A stretch of 42,144 bases of DNA from a virus (lineage: Duplodnaviria; Caudoviricetes), in IMG/VR virus record IMGVR_UViG_3300028138_000002, positions 1 to 42,144 of that record; one strand, 5' to 3'. The position numbers and the translations under genes are program-made. The notes beneath the pieces are model-generated. The model did no database searches and was not told the origin of the DNA. It saw only the letters and a program-made list of their open reading frames with translations. Of the stretch, positions 8,418 to 16,843 are shown in pieces. Each line of letters starts with the position of its first letter. Position 1 is the first letter of the stretch.

Positions 8418-10823
8418 ATGGCGGAAGATTATGATCCCGGTGCGAGTTCGCGTCCGTTCGGGCCGCAGGGCGACGCGACGACGACGACCACGCCGCCGGC
8501 GGCGACCGATTACGATCCCGGCATCAGGCGATCACCGCTCGACATCGCCCACCGGTCGCTGCCCAGCACCGCCAACGGCGGCGTCGGCGTGCCGTGGGAC
8601 AGCTACGAGTATCCCGGCGGGCAGCCGGGGGACATCATCGGCGGCCTCAAGGGGCTGATATCCGGCGACAGCTCGGTGAAGCGACCGGAGATCGGCGCGC
8701 TGAACATACCCGGGCTGGGGCTTAGTGTGTTCGACCCGCGCGCCTGGGCGATCACCGCCCACACCGCCGTCTCGCGCGACCCCGCCGCGCTGGAGCAGGC
8801 CATTAAATCCCGCGTCCCCGAGGCGACGTTCTCCTGGGACGACGTCGGGGCCGACGGCAAACCGGCGCCGGGCGCCAATCGCATCGTGCAGGTTCCCGGC
8901 CAGCCGCCGATGTATCTCGACCGGCCCGGGTTCACCCCGCAGAAGGGGCTGTTCTACGGCGGGCAGGGGGCGGCGGCGCTGCTCACCGCCGGGCGGTCGC
9001 TGCCAATGCAGGCCGGCGCGGCCGGGGCGCAGCACGCCGCTTCGCACGCCACCAGTACCGTGCTGGGTGGCGCCGACAGCTGGGTGGACCCGATCGGCAC
9101 CGCCATCTCGACGCTGATGCCGGTGGCCATCGGCGGCGCCGGGGCGGGGCTGATCAAGGGCTATGACTGGCTCAACAGCGAGGTCGTGCCGCCGGCGGCC
9201 GACGCCGTCCGCCGGCTTGGCGTCGAGGGCAAGGACGCGGTCACGCAGGCCACGGCGGCGGTCGTGGACCGGGCGAAGAAGCTCTACCAGTTCGGCTTCG
9301 CCGGCAAACCCGGCGACCTGACGCGCGACCCGACGACGCTGGCGCAGGAGGATCTGGCCGCCAACGCCGGCTGGGCGGGCACGCGGGCCAAGATGGACGA
9401 GTTCCACGGCCGCAACGCGCAGCAGACGCTGCTGCAAAAGCGCCAGCTGGTCGGCGAGGCGGCCGGCGACGTGCCGCCGGGCGCCACGGTCCCCGACACA
9501 TATCAGCCAAACGAGGCGCTGTTCGGCAACCGGGTCAACGACGCGATCCGCGCGCGGGACGCCTCCCTCGATCAGACGAAACGCGCGGCCTGGGACAAGC
9601 TCGGTCCCGTGTCGCCGTCCACCCCGGCCGGGCAGAGCATCGAGTTCAATCCCGAGGTGTCCGGCCAGATCCTGCCGCAGGCGAAACAGCTGCTGCGCGA
9701 GCGTTACGGCGATCCGCAGGGACCCAACGGCACCTATACCTCGGCCCAGCTCGGCGAGAGCGGCGGTGGCCTGGTCAACGCGGTCGACCAGATGGAGCGC
9801 ATCATGCAGCCCGGCGGCGGCCCCCGGCTCAACCCGGCGCCGTATCAGCCGTTCAACCTGGGCCATCTGCAGGATCTGCGGCAGGTATTGAAGAACATCA
9901 TGGACGAGCAGCCGCGCGGCACGCCGGGCTTTGGCGCCGCCGCGCGGCTCAAGGGCCAGCTCGACGGCGCCGTGAACAACGCCGTGACCACCGGGCAGAT
10001 CCGGGGATCGCCCCAGGCGCTGACCGATTTCCGCGCCGCCAACGACGCCACGGCGGCGCATTTCGCGTTTCGCAATCCCGAGGGCAACGACCCGGCCGCC
10101 AGTCTGATCGACAGCGTGTTGAACCCGGCCGCCCCGTCGACCGGCCAGGAGACGGTCAGCAAGGTCCTGGGCGGCGGCGGCACGGTGACCCCGGGTGGCG
10201 GCACCAACGCCATCCTGACCCACCTCCAGGCCCATCTCGGCGACGACGCGACGAAGCCCCTGGCCGGCGTGACCACGATGCGCTCGCTCTACGGCACCAA
10301 GGGCACGACGAGCGAGGGCACGGCGGCGCCGGCGCGTTACGATTACGGATCGACCGCCGATCGCATCAACGCCCAGATCGAGGGCACCGGTGATGAGATG
10401 GCGACCCGGCTGCTGTCACCCGAGGCCCGCGCGCGGCTCGGCGATTTCCGCGACGCGTTGAACGTCCTGCGCGCGTCGACCAACAAAGCCGGCCCACGCC
10501 TGAACGCACCCGGATCTGGCTATATCGGGATGATGTCGTCCCGGCTGCCGCTCGGCGTCGGGCCGATCGTCGACCAGCTCCGACTGATGCGCGCGGCGAA
10601 CAACGCCACGCAGGGCGGCGCCGAGATCGTCAACCGGGCGGTGGGCGGTGCCACCACGCCGGCCGGGCTGGGCATCCGCCTGCCCCGGCAAAGCACGCTA
10701 CAGGGGCCGGACCCACGGAACCCGTTCTACAGCTGGCAGCCCGGCGCGTGGCGGGCCGGCACCCCGGTCTATCGCGGCGGCGGGCTGTTGGGGTCAGAGG
10801 CGCTCGACCCCGCCAACCGTTAG
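8418..10823 (+). CDS. large internal virion / DNA ejection protein
   Basis: 801 aa, Ala/Gly-rich, last gene of the ejection cluster, YLDRPGF motif, AAGGG RBS. Confidence 0.7.
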   Translation: MAEDYDPGASSRPFGPQGDATTTTTPPAATDYDPGIRRSPLDIAHRSLPSTANGGVGVPWDSYEYPGGQPGDIIGGLKGLISGDSSVKRPEIGALNIPGLGLSVFDPRAWAITAHTAVSRDPAALEQAIKSRVPEATFSWDDVGADGKPAPGANRIVQVPGQPPMYLDRPGFTPQKGLFYGGQGAAALLTAGRSLPMQAGAAGAQHAASHATSTVLGGADSWVDPIGTAISTLMPVAIGGAGAGLIKGYDWLNSEVVPPAADAVRRLGVEGKDAVTQATAAVVDRAKKLYQFGFAGKPGDLTRDPTTLAQEDLAANAGWAGTRAKMDEFHGRNAQQTLLQKRQLVGEAAGDVPPGATVPDTYQPNEALFGNRVNDAIRARDASLDQTKRAAWDKLGPVSPSTPAGQSIEFNPEVSGQILPQAKQLLRERYGDPQGPNGTYTSAQLGESGGGLVNAVDQMERIMQPGGGPRLNPAPYQPFNLGHLQDLRQVLKNIMDEQPRGTPGFGAAARLKGQLDGAVNNAVTTGQIRGSPQALTDFRAANDATAAHFAFRNPEGNDPAASLIDSVLNPAAPSTGQETVSKVLGGGGTVTPGGGTNAILTHLQAHLGDDATKPLAGVTTMRSLYGTKGTTSEGTAAPARYDYGSTADRINAQIEGTGDEMATRLLSPEARARLGDFRDALNVLRASTNKAGPRLNAPGSGYIGMMSSRLPLGVGPIVDQLRLMRAANNATQGGAEIVNRAVGGATTPAGLGIRLPRQSTLQGPDPRNPFYSWQPGAWRAGTPVYRGGGLLGSEALDPANR

Positions 10824-10830
10824 AGCCGGC

Positions 10831-10914
10831 TCACCAGCGGCACAAATCGCCAAGGGCACCGCAGATCAGCATCACCGCCCATATGCCGGCGATCAGCAGC
10901 AGGATGGCGCACAT
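10831..10914 (-). CDS. possible 27-aa membrane peptide
   Basis: MCAILLLIAGIWAVMLICGALGDLCRW; starts 2 nt after the stop of 10917-11138. Confidence 0.35.
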   Translation of the reverse strand: MCAILLLIAGIWAVMLICGALGDLCRW

Positions 10915-10916
10915 GC

Positions 10917-11138
10917 TCAGCGCCCCCATGCCCGCATGGGCGGGATCGGCGGCTGTGGCGGGGGCGGCGGCGGGTCGGGGATGGTGATGCCCGCGCTGCC
11001 CGGCGGCAGGGTCGTGGGCACCCACGACGGCAGCGTGCCCCGGTAGTAAGGCGCGGCCGGGGCGGGGGCTTGCGCCGATGCCGGCGCGGCGGAGAGGATC
11101 GCGGTGGCCATCAAGGCCAGGAGGGATAACGGCTTCAT
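10917..11138 (-). CDS. small secreted Pro-rich protein (signal peptide)
   Basis: MKPLSLLALMATAILSAAPASAQ is a Sec-type signal with an A-x-A site; AGGA RBS in an AC-rich leader. Confidence 0.65.
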   Translation of the reverse strand: MKPLSLLALMATAILSAAPASAQAPAPAAPYYRGTLPSWVPTTLPPGSAGITIPDPPPPPPQPPIPPMRAWGR

Positions 11139-11198
11139 CGGGTGTCCTGTGTCTGGTTGTGTGTAGTGCGCCACAGTATGTGGGGATCGGAGGGATAA

Positions 11199-11420
11199 AT
11201 GCGAGAGCCAACAGCCAAAGAGCTGGACTTATTTCTGCGGGTGTTCCGGTCGATGAACGACGATCAGCCGCCCGATCCGCGCGGCCCGATCGGCGGCGTG
11301 TGGGACTGGATCACAGACCTAGCCGCGAACGGTCATATTCATTCCGCGCGCCAGTATCCGCTTCGGCTTCCCATCTTGCCGCCTGCTGATCCATTCGCGC
11401 GGCGGCTTCCCCACGGCTGA
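11199..11420 (+). CDS. possible hypothetical protein, partly antisense to 11311-11580
   Basis: GGAGG RBS just upstream of the ATG, but overlaps a - strand ORF by 110 bp. Confidence 0.35.
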   Translation: MREPTAKELDLFLRVFRSMNDDQPPDPRGPIGGVWDWITDLAANGHIHSARQYPLRLPILPPADPFARRLPHG

Positions 11421-11580
11421 TCTGGTTGACCACGCCGCCGCTATCGGCGGTCAGCTGGATGGCGGGCTTCCCGGCCGCCGCCTCGACGCGCAGGTCGGCG
11501 GCGAGCTTCCGGCAGGCACGCGCCATCCCGGCGGGGTCCAGGGCGCGCTGCTGCGCGCCACGCGATTTGTGGTAGGGCAT
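11311..11580 (-). CDS. hypothetical protein
   Basis: Abuts the upstream stop (TAG-ATG) in the - strand operon. Confidence 0.55.
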   Translation of the reverse strand: MPYHKSRGAQQRALDPAGMARACRKLAADLRVEAAAGKPAIQLTADSGGVVNQISRGEAAARMDQQAARWEAEADTGARNEYDRSRLGL

Positions 11581-11682
11581 CTACGTCACGGCCTCCATGA
11601 ACGCCTGCGTCAGCCAGAACACCCAGGCCCAGGTGATGAACAGCAGCGCGCCATAAAGCACGATATACAGCAGGCCGTTCAT
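11581..11682 (-). CDS. 33-aa single-pass membrane protein
   Basis: MNGLLYIVLYGALLFITWAWVFWLTQAFMEAVT; GGAG RBS; ATGA overlap. Confidence 0.55.
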   Translation of the reverse strand: MNGLLYIVLYGALLFITWAWVFWLTQAFMEAVT

Positions 11683-11867
11683 GGCTCCGGTCGCCGCCGC
11701 CCGCGTGGCCGGGGTGACAGGACGGTCAATGCTTCTTCGAACCGGTCCAGCGCCTCGCACCATTCGTCCCATGTCGGCGCGACGCCGGGCGCGTTTCGCC
11801 CGATGAAGGACCGGGCCAATATTTTCGGCCACCGACGCAGCGCCGCCACCTGCTGCTCACGCGTCAT
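11679..11867 (-). CDS. hypothetical protein (62 aa)
   Basis: ATGA overlap with the polymerase stop; MTREQQVAALRRWPK... Confidence 0.55.
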   Translation of the reverse strand: MTREQQVAALRRWPKILARSFIGRNAPGVAPTWDEWCEALDRFEEALTVLSPRPRGRRRPEP

Positions 11868-13951
11868 GCCTTGATGTAGCGCGGCGCGCGCGCCCCTTTC
11901 GCGCTCAATGGGAAACCAGCCGCCCATGGCGGCGGCTCGGACATCAGCCGCTCCATCTCCTCGACCGAGCCGTGCCCGATCGGCGGCTCGGCGATGACCT
12001 CGTCATGCACCAGCGTGACCGGCCGGTAGCCGGCCTGTTCCAGGCGATGGGTGGCGACGACGAGCAGATCACGGCACAGCCCCTGTACCGCGTTCTCCGT
12101 CAGCCGGCCGCCGTAGGTCCCCTGGCGTTCCCATTTCCGCGTCTTGTTGTTGACCGCCATGTATGTCACGCAGTCGGAACCATATTTGTTCTGTTCTATC
12201 AACGGTTGCGAATACCAGAGATGCCGTCCCGAGGGCAGGCGCATGCGGAGCCATTTGCGGTCCTGGCGAAAGCGGATGCGACCGCCGGAAACGGCGGTCA
12301 CCATGCCCGGGTGTCGGACGGCGTTGATGGCGGCCTCGTTCATGTCGCGCCACAGCTGGGGGATCATGCTGAACGTCGCGCGGTAGGTGTCGATGGCGTG
12401 TTGCGCGTCCTCGGGCGTGAGCAGCACGCCGGCCTGCACCAGGCACGTCTCGCGGAACTTCCACCAGCCCATCTGATAGCCGGCGCCAAGCACCAGCGTC
12501 TTGCCGACGTGCCGCTCGACGCTGTCGTGGGTTATGGTTTTCGCGTCGCGTTCATACACGCGCGCGGCCATCTCCTCGTAAATCTTGCGCTGCATCCGGA
12601 ACGCGCGCAGCAGATCGTCCTGCCCCGCCAGCCACGCCACGCCAACCGCCTCGACGGAACTGAAATCACAGGTGGCGATCTCATGCCCGTCCATCGGAAC
12701 GATCGCGCCGCGCAGCATCTTGCTGATCACATCGAGCGGCGGCCCGGCGATGGCGTCGACCGTCTCGGCGCCGAGATCGAGCAGCGTCCGGTCGAGGTCC
12801 CAGTTTTTCGAGACGTCGCGCGGGAAGTTCTGCACCTGCAGACCGGTCGATATGTATCTCCCGGTCGAGGCGCCATGATAGCCGAGCAGGCCGCGCACGC
12901 GGCCGTCGTCGTCGGCCCGGGCGAGGATGGCGTCGAGCTTCTTGACCGAGATCTTGCCGGCCTCCAGGCGCGTCCGCAGGGCCGCCCGCTCGACATCCCC
13001 GACACGCGGATCAGCGATCAGACGCAGCACGTCGCGCCGACGCAGCTCGGGCGCTGGCCGCTCGTCCTCGATCTCCAGCTCGTCCTCGACCTCGGCGTCG
13101 ACGTCCGGGTCCGCTTTCAGCTCGCCGTCGAGTATCGCCGCCACGGGGCCGCGCACCAGCTCGGGCGGCGGCGAGAGGTCGACGCCGCGCCACAACAGCC
13201 ACGCTTTCAGCGTGACGACGTTCGATGCCCGCGCCACCGCGCCGGATGTCTGTAGGAAAATCGCCTCGTCGAGCAGCGCGCGGGTGTCGGCGGCCACGGC
13301 GCGGGCGGCGCGAACGAAATCCAGATCGAAACGAACCCCGCGATCGTTCATCGCCTCGGTGAGATCCCAGACGGCCTGCTCGTCGGCCGGCAATGGCGGG
13401 GTCGATCGGTAAACCGCTCGTTCCACCTTGACATCCATCGCGCAGTAGTCCGACAGCCGGCGCATGCGATCGTCGTCGTCCCACCACGTCACCGCGTCGG
13501 TGACCGGATGGATCGATCGCGGTTTGCACATCTGCAGCATGAGGCGATAGCCGACGGCGTCTTTCTTGACGTCCAGCCCGAGCGCCATGGCGGCCCCGTC
13601 CAGGCTGCCGGGCAGCGCCAGCACGCGTCCCCGTGCCATGGTACAGGTCCAGCGGTCGATCGGCAGCAGCGGCCAGCCGTGGCGTGGGTGCAGGATGTAT
13701 TCGATCATAAGCCGCTCAAACTGGGCGTTATGAGCGACCACCTCGATCATCTCGTCCCGCATCGCCGCCAGGAAGCGGTCGGGCAGAGCCTGCCCGGGCA
13801 GCCATTCGACCGGCTCCTCAAGGCCCATCGCGAGGCGCGCCACGGTGACCTCGGTCGACGGGTCCGAGGCGTAGACATACGCCCCGGTCGCCCGCAGATC
13901 GACGGTGGACCGCGTCTCGAGGTCGAGGAAGAGGACGCGGTCCAGCTCCAT
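11864..13951 (-). CDS. family A DNA polymerase with 3'-5' exonuclease (APSE/BPP-1-like)
   Basis: Exo motifs DLETRS, AHNAQFE, YCAMDV; polymerase motifs DFSSVE (A), RHVGKTLVLGAGY (B), VHDE (C); ENAVQG. Confidence 0.95.
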   Translation of the reverse strand: MELDRVLFLDLETRSTVDLRATGAYVYASDPSTEVTVARLAMGLEEPVEWLPGQALPDRFLAAMRDEMIEVVAHNAQFERLMIEYILHPRHGWPLLPIDRWTCTMARGRVLALPGSLDGAAMALGLDVKKDAVGYRLMLQMCKPRSIHPVTDAVTWWDDDDRMRRLSDYCAMDVKVERAVYRSTPPLPADEQAVWDLTEAMNDRGVRFDLDFVRAARAVAADTRALLDEAIFLQTSGAVARASNVVTLKAWLLWRGVDLSPPPELVRGPVAAILDGELKADPDVDAEVEDELEIEDERPAPELRRRDVLRLIADPRVGDVERAALRTRLEAGKISVKKLDAILARADDDGRVRGLLGYHGASTGRYISTGLQVQNFPRDVSKNWDLDRTLLDLGAETVDAIAGPPLDVISKMLRGAIVPMDGHEIATCDFSSVEAVGVAWLAGQDDLLRAFRMQRKIYEEMAARVYERDAKTITHDSVERHVGKTLVLGAGYQMGWWKFRETCLVQAGVLLTPEDAQHAIDTYRATFSMIPQLWRDMNEAAINAVRHPGMVTAVSGGRIRFRQDRKWLRMRLPSGRHLWYSQPLIEQNKYGSDCVTYMAVNNKTRKWERQGTYGGRLTENAVQGLCRDLLVVATHRLEQAGYRPVTLVHDEVIAEPPIGHGSVEEMERLMSEPPPWAAGFPLSAKGARAPRYIKA

Positions 13952-14508
13952 CAAAAGTCCTCCTCTTCTTCCATGTCCAACGCGATCGGATCGAAATCCT
14001 GCTTCACGCTGGTGCGGCCAAACACGGTGTCGTTTTTCAGCAGCTGGACGTTGTTCAGCCCGAGCGACACGCCGGTCGAGACGTTGTTATATACGAACGG
14101 CCGCATCGTCACGTTGGCCCAGCGTCCGGCGTAGACCTCGGACTTCTCGCGCAGCGGCGACAGATCGGCATGCACGATGGTGGGCTTCTCCTTCGATGAG
14201 CAGGAAACGAAATGCCAGCCCTCGTCGTAGCCGGCCAGACCGTCCTTCTCCGCGCAGTCACGCACCACGCTCTCGGGCTTCCGCGCCGTCGATGGCCATT
14301 TCCGCTGATCGCGGCCCCATGCCTGCTCGCAGACATCGGTCAGCGCCGCCAGCAAGGGCTTGATGTCATAAGACGGCGGCAGCAACAGGACGGTGGAAAA
14401 CTTCGGCTCGGAATTATTGAAGCCGTGTTCCTCCAGCAGGTGCGGAAAGCTCAGCCGGCCGGGGCCGACGCGCAGGGTCTTCGTGACGATCTTGGTTTGT
14501 AACGCCAT
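13951..14508 (-). CDS. single-stranded DNA-binding protein (DUF2815 / T7 gp2.5-like)
   Basis: RLSFPHL..KFS, VYAG, GVSLGLNNVQLLK, acidic tail ending in F; AGGA RBS before ATG 14508. Confidence 0.85.
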   Translation of the reverse strand: MALQTKIVTKTLRVGPGRLSFPHLLEEHGFNNSEPKFSTVLLLPPSYDIKPLLAALTDVCEQAWGRDQRKWPSTARKPESVVRDCAEKDGLAGYDEGWHFVSCSSKEKPTIVHADLSPLREKSEVYAGRWANVTMRPFVYNNVSTGVSLGLNNVQLLKNDTVFGRTSVKQDFDPIALDMEEEEDF

Positions 14509-14549
14509 GTGATTGTTCCTTAGTCTCAGTGGTATCGGTGTGAGCGGGT

Positions 14550-14573
14550 GCATGTTTCACGGCTCCTCGGGTT
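14550..14573. repeat. 24-bp direct repeat, copy 1 (copy 2 at 14793-14816)
   Basis: gcatgtttcacgg(c/t)tcctcgggtt, 23/24 identical. Confidence 0.85.
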
Positions 14574-14580
14574 TCACGGG

Positions 14581-14796
14581 TCAGGCGACACCCATCATCA
14601 ACAGCTCCTCGGCGCCATATACCTCGCGCGCGCCGCATGTTTCGCATTCGTAACGCCGCGCGTCCGGCTCGACACCCTCGGCGTCGGCGCCGCAGGCGAG
14701 GCAAAATCCCGGGTCGTCGAGGACGACGCGGTAGCGTTCCAGCGCGTCGAGGACGCGCTGTGGAGTGATCGATGGGTGCATGATTCGTTTCGGCAT
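14581..14796 (-). CDS. small zinc-ribbon protein
   Basis: GFCLACG...EPDARRYECETCG..VYGAEELL, two CxxC pairs. Confidence 0.75.
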   Translation of the reverse strand: MPKRIMHPSITPQRVLDALERYRVVLDDPGFCLACGADAEGVEPDARRYECETCGAREVYGAEELLMMGVA

Positions 14797-14816
14797 GTTT
14801 CACGGTTCCTCGGGTT
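14793..14816. repeat. 24-bp direct repeat, copy 2
   Basis: See 14550-14573. Confidence 0.85.
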
Positions 14817-15981
14817 CGACGGCTTCAAATCCCACGCGCGGGCCAACCGCCGCGCGCGGGTCGTGGTCCGGCGCCAACACGGTGCCGGGGTCACTCATCA
14901 CCACGAGGTCGCGCCATTCCGCCGGCGGCTTCACCTTGTGGGCCTTCAGTATCTTTTCCGCCTGCGTGGGGCTGTGCAACTTTGTTACGAAAGCGGCCTG
15001 GCCTAGCAGATCCTCCATGACCACGCCCGCCGCGACCTCGTCCGCCCAGATCCGCCGGCCGCGCTTGTTGACCAGTTTCCAGCCGGGGATCTCCACGCCC
15101 TTGTCGGCCAGCGCCTTGGCATAGGCCTCGACGCCGGCGACCCACGTTTCCAAAAAACGTGCCCCTGACAGCACGCGCGACAGCTGGTCGAGGGTCAGTT
15201 TGGAGGGCAGCGGCGGGGCCATGGCGTGTTCCGGGTTGGCGACGATGTCGAACTCCACCTGGGCCACGGCGAGCGCCTTGCTCCGCGCCGCCGGGCAGTC
15301 GACGGCGGCGCGGCAGAACGTGCAATGCCCGCCCGGGTTCAGCGGCGCGTCGGGCTTCACCACGGCCTCGGCGAGGTCGAGCAGATCGGCGGCGAGGTCG
15401 TGCAACTCGCCGACCGACAGCGTCACGCTCTGGGGCGGCCCGAGGCGAGGCTGCACCACGACCAGCTCGATCTCGGTGATCTCACTGCCGAGGTCGCGCG
15501 GCAGCGACTGCATGACACCGAGCGCGTAGCCGGCCAGCTGCATGTTCGGCCGCCCGTCGGGCCTGCGGATCGGCACCGGATGCCCGGCACCGGTCTTCAA
15601 ATCGCAGACCCACAGTTTCGGCGGCGCGACCAGCACCACGTCCGCCGTGCCCCAGTAAAGCTCGCTCAGCGCGGTCAGCTGGAACTCGCGCTCGATGTGC
15701 ATGGCACCAGGGGCATGCGCGACGGCGGCCGCGCGCACGACGTCGAGGTAGGCCTGCACGATCGCCGCCCCGTCGGCATCGTCGGGGATGTGGTCGATCG
15801 CGTCGATGGCCCGGCTCAGACAATGCGCGGCGACGGCGTGCAGCTCGGTGCCGCGCCGGGCGTAGACGGACGGCGTGTCGGGCCGGCCCTCCTCCATCCG
15901 CATCGACCCGGGACAGGCCACGCGCCGCTCCAGTACCGACATGCCGAGCGGGCTGTGGCCGCGTGCGGCGGTCATGCTCAT
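14800..15981 (-). CDS. DUF2800-like Cas4/PD-(D/E)XK exonuclease
   Basis: HSPLG.S...R.ACPGS, GT.LH, WGTAD, DLKTG, NMQL..YALG, QPR, HCTFC...CP; next to SSB and PolA. Confidence 0.85.
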   Translation of the reverse strand: MSMTAARGHSPLGMSVLERRVACPGSMRMEEGRPDTPSVYARRGTELHAVAAHCLSRAIDAIDHIPDDADGAAIVQAYLDVVRAAAVAHAPGAMHIEREFQLTALSELYWGTADVVLVAPPKLWVCDLKTGAGHPVPIRRPDGRPNMQLAGYALGVMQSLPRDLGSEITEIELVVVQPRLGPPQSVTLSVGELHDLAADLLDLAEAVVKPDAPLNPGGHCTFCRAAVDCPAARSKALAVAQVEFDIVANPEHAMAPPLPSKLTLDQLSRVLSGARFLETWVAGVEAYAKALADKGVEIPGWKLVNKRGRRIWADEVAAGVVMEDLLGQAAFVTKLHSPTQAEKILKAHKVKPPAEWRDLVVMSDPGTVLAPDHDPRAAVGPRVGFEAVEPEEP

Positions 15982-16271
15982 GCGCGGCCTCCCCGTTGCG
16001 TCAGGTCTTTGATGATCGACGACCACGTTTGCCGGCGCGCGGTTTCCATGTGGTCGAGAAGCTCGCACATGCCCGGCGGCAGCGCGGCCTTTTCAACCGC
16101 CGTCATCAGCCGCCACCGCTCGGCGCGGCGCACATGGAGCTGGCCGCAGTTCATGCACATCGACACGTCATCCTCTTCCGGCGTGTGTTGCCCCTCCCCG
16201 ACGACCGGCGAGGCCGCGTCCATGGCGTAGCCGCAGACCTGGCACGTCCATGTCGGCTCGCGGAACGTCAT
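15978..16271 (-). CDS. zinc-ribbon protein
   Basis: CQVC...CMNC; ATGA overlaps on both sides. Confidence 0.65.
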   Translation of the reverse strand: MTFREPTWTCQVCGYAMDAASPVVGEGQHTPEEDDVSMCMNCGQLHVRRAERWRLMTAVEKAALPPGMCELLDHMETARRQTWSSIIKDLTQRGGRA

Positions 16272-16843
16272 GCCGCGTCCCCCGTGGTGCCCCTGGTGGT
16301 TTTGGCGCCGTACTGATCGAGCGCGGCGCGGGCCGCGCTCTCGATCGCCGGCCAGGTCGTGGCCGGACACTCGGACAGCCGGCGATGGCCGCCGTGCGTC
16401 TGCAGCAGATCGATCACGCCCTTGACCTGTTTCGGATGCACGGTGCCGACCTTGGACAGCAGCGAGCGCAGGCCAAACTCGGACAGCGGCTCGGGCGCCT
16501 CGGTCTTCGCCTCGGTCTTCGCGGGGGAAGGCGCCGCCGCGCGGGCGGCGCGGGACGATTTCGCGGCCGTCACCGGCACCGGCGGCGGCGTGGTGGAAAC
16601 GGTGGCGGGGGCCGGTTCCGGCTCCGCCTCTGGCGTGACCTTGGTCACGACGGTTTCGGCCTGCCGGTGCTGGCCGACATCCACGCTGACCATGGCGCCG
16701 GCGATGGCGTCGGTCACGCGCGGGGTCGCGGCCTCGACCGCGACCGGATCGAGGATCGGCCGCCCCATGGTCCTGGCCAGCAGGGCGAACAGGTCCTCGG
16801 CCGAGAGGCGCAGGTGGATCGTCGCGGTGATTTCATTATCCAT
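16268..16843 (-). CDS. hypothetical protein (Ala/Pro/Thr-rich linker, helical C-terminus), typical neighbour of DUF2800
   Basis: Operon position; GGAG RBS. Confidence 0.7.
   Translation of the reverse strand: MDNEITATIHLRLSAEDLFALLARTMGRPILDPVAVEAATPRVTDAIAGAMVSVDVGQHRQAETVVTKVTPEAEPEPAPATVSTTPPPVPVTAAKSSRAARAAAPSPAKTEAKTEAPEPLSEFGLRSLLSKVGTVHPKQVKGVIDLLQTHGGHRRLSECPATTWPAIESAARAALDQYGAKTTRGTTGDAA

Noticed and set aside
6147-10235. Long antisense ORFs (e.g. 6147-8288, 8532-10235, and similar ones elsewhere such as 11972-13255 and 30533-31948)
   Set aside because: Shadow ORFs expected opposite real genes in high-GC DNA; Arg/Gly-rich with no motifs or RBS.
14553-14805. GTTTCAC(G) copies as parS sites (also 34471-34487)
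   Set aside because: These are half-sites or have a 3-nt spacer, there is no full 16-bp parS or par gene, and the direct repeat and RNA hairpin explain them.
14800-15981. Cas4-like gene as part of a CRISPR system
   Set aside because: No array or other cas genes; DUF2800-type nucleases are standard in this replication module.
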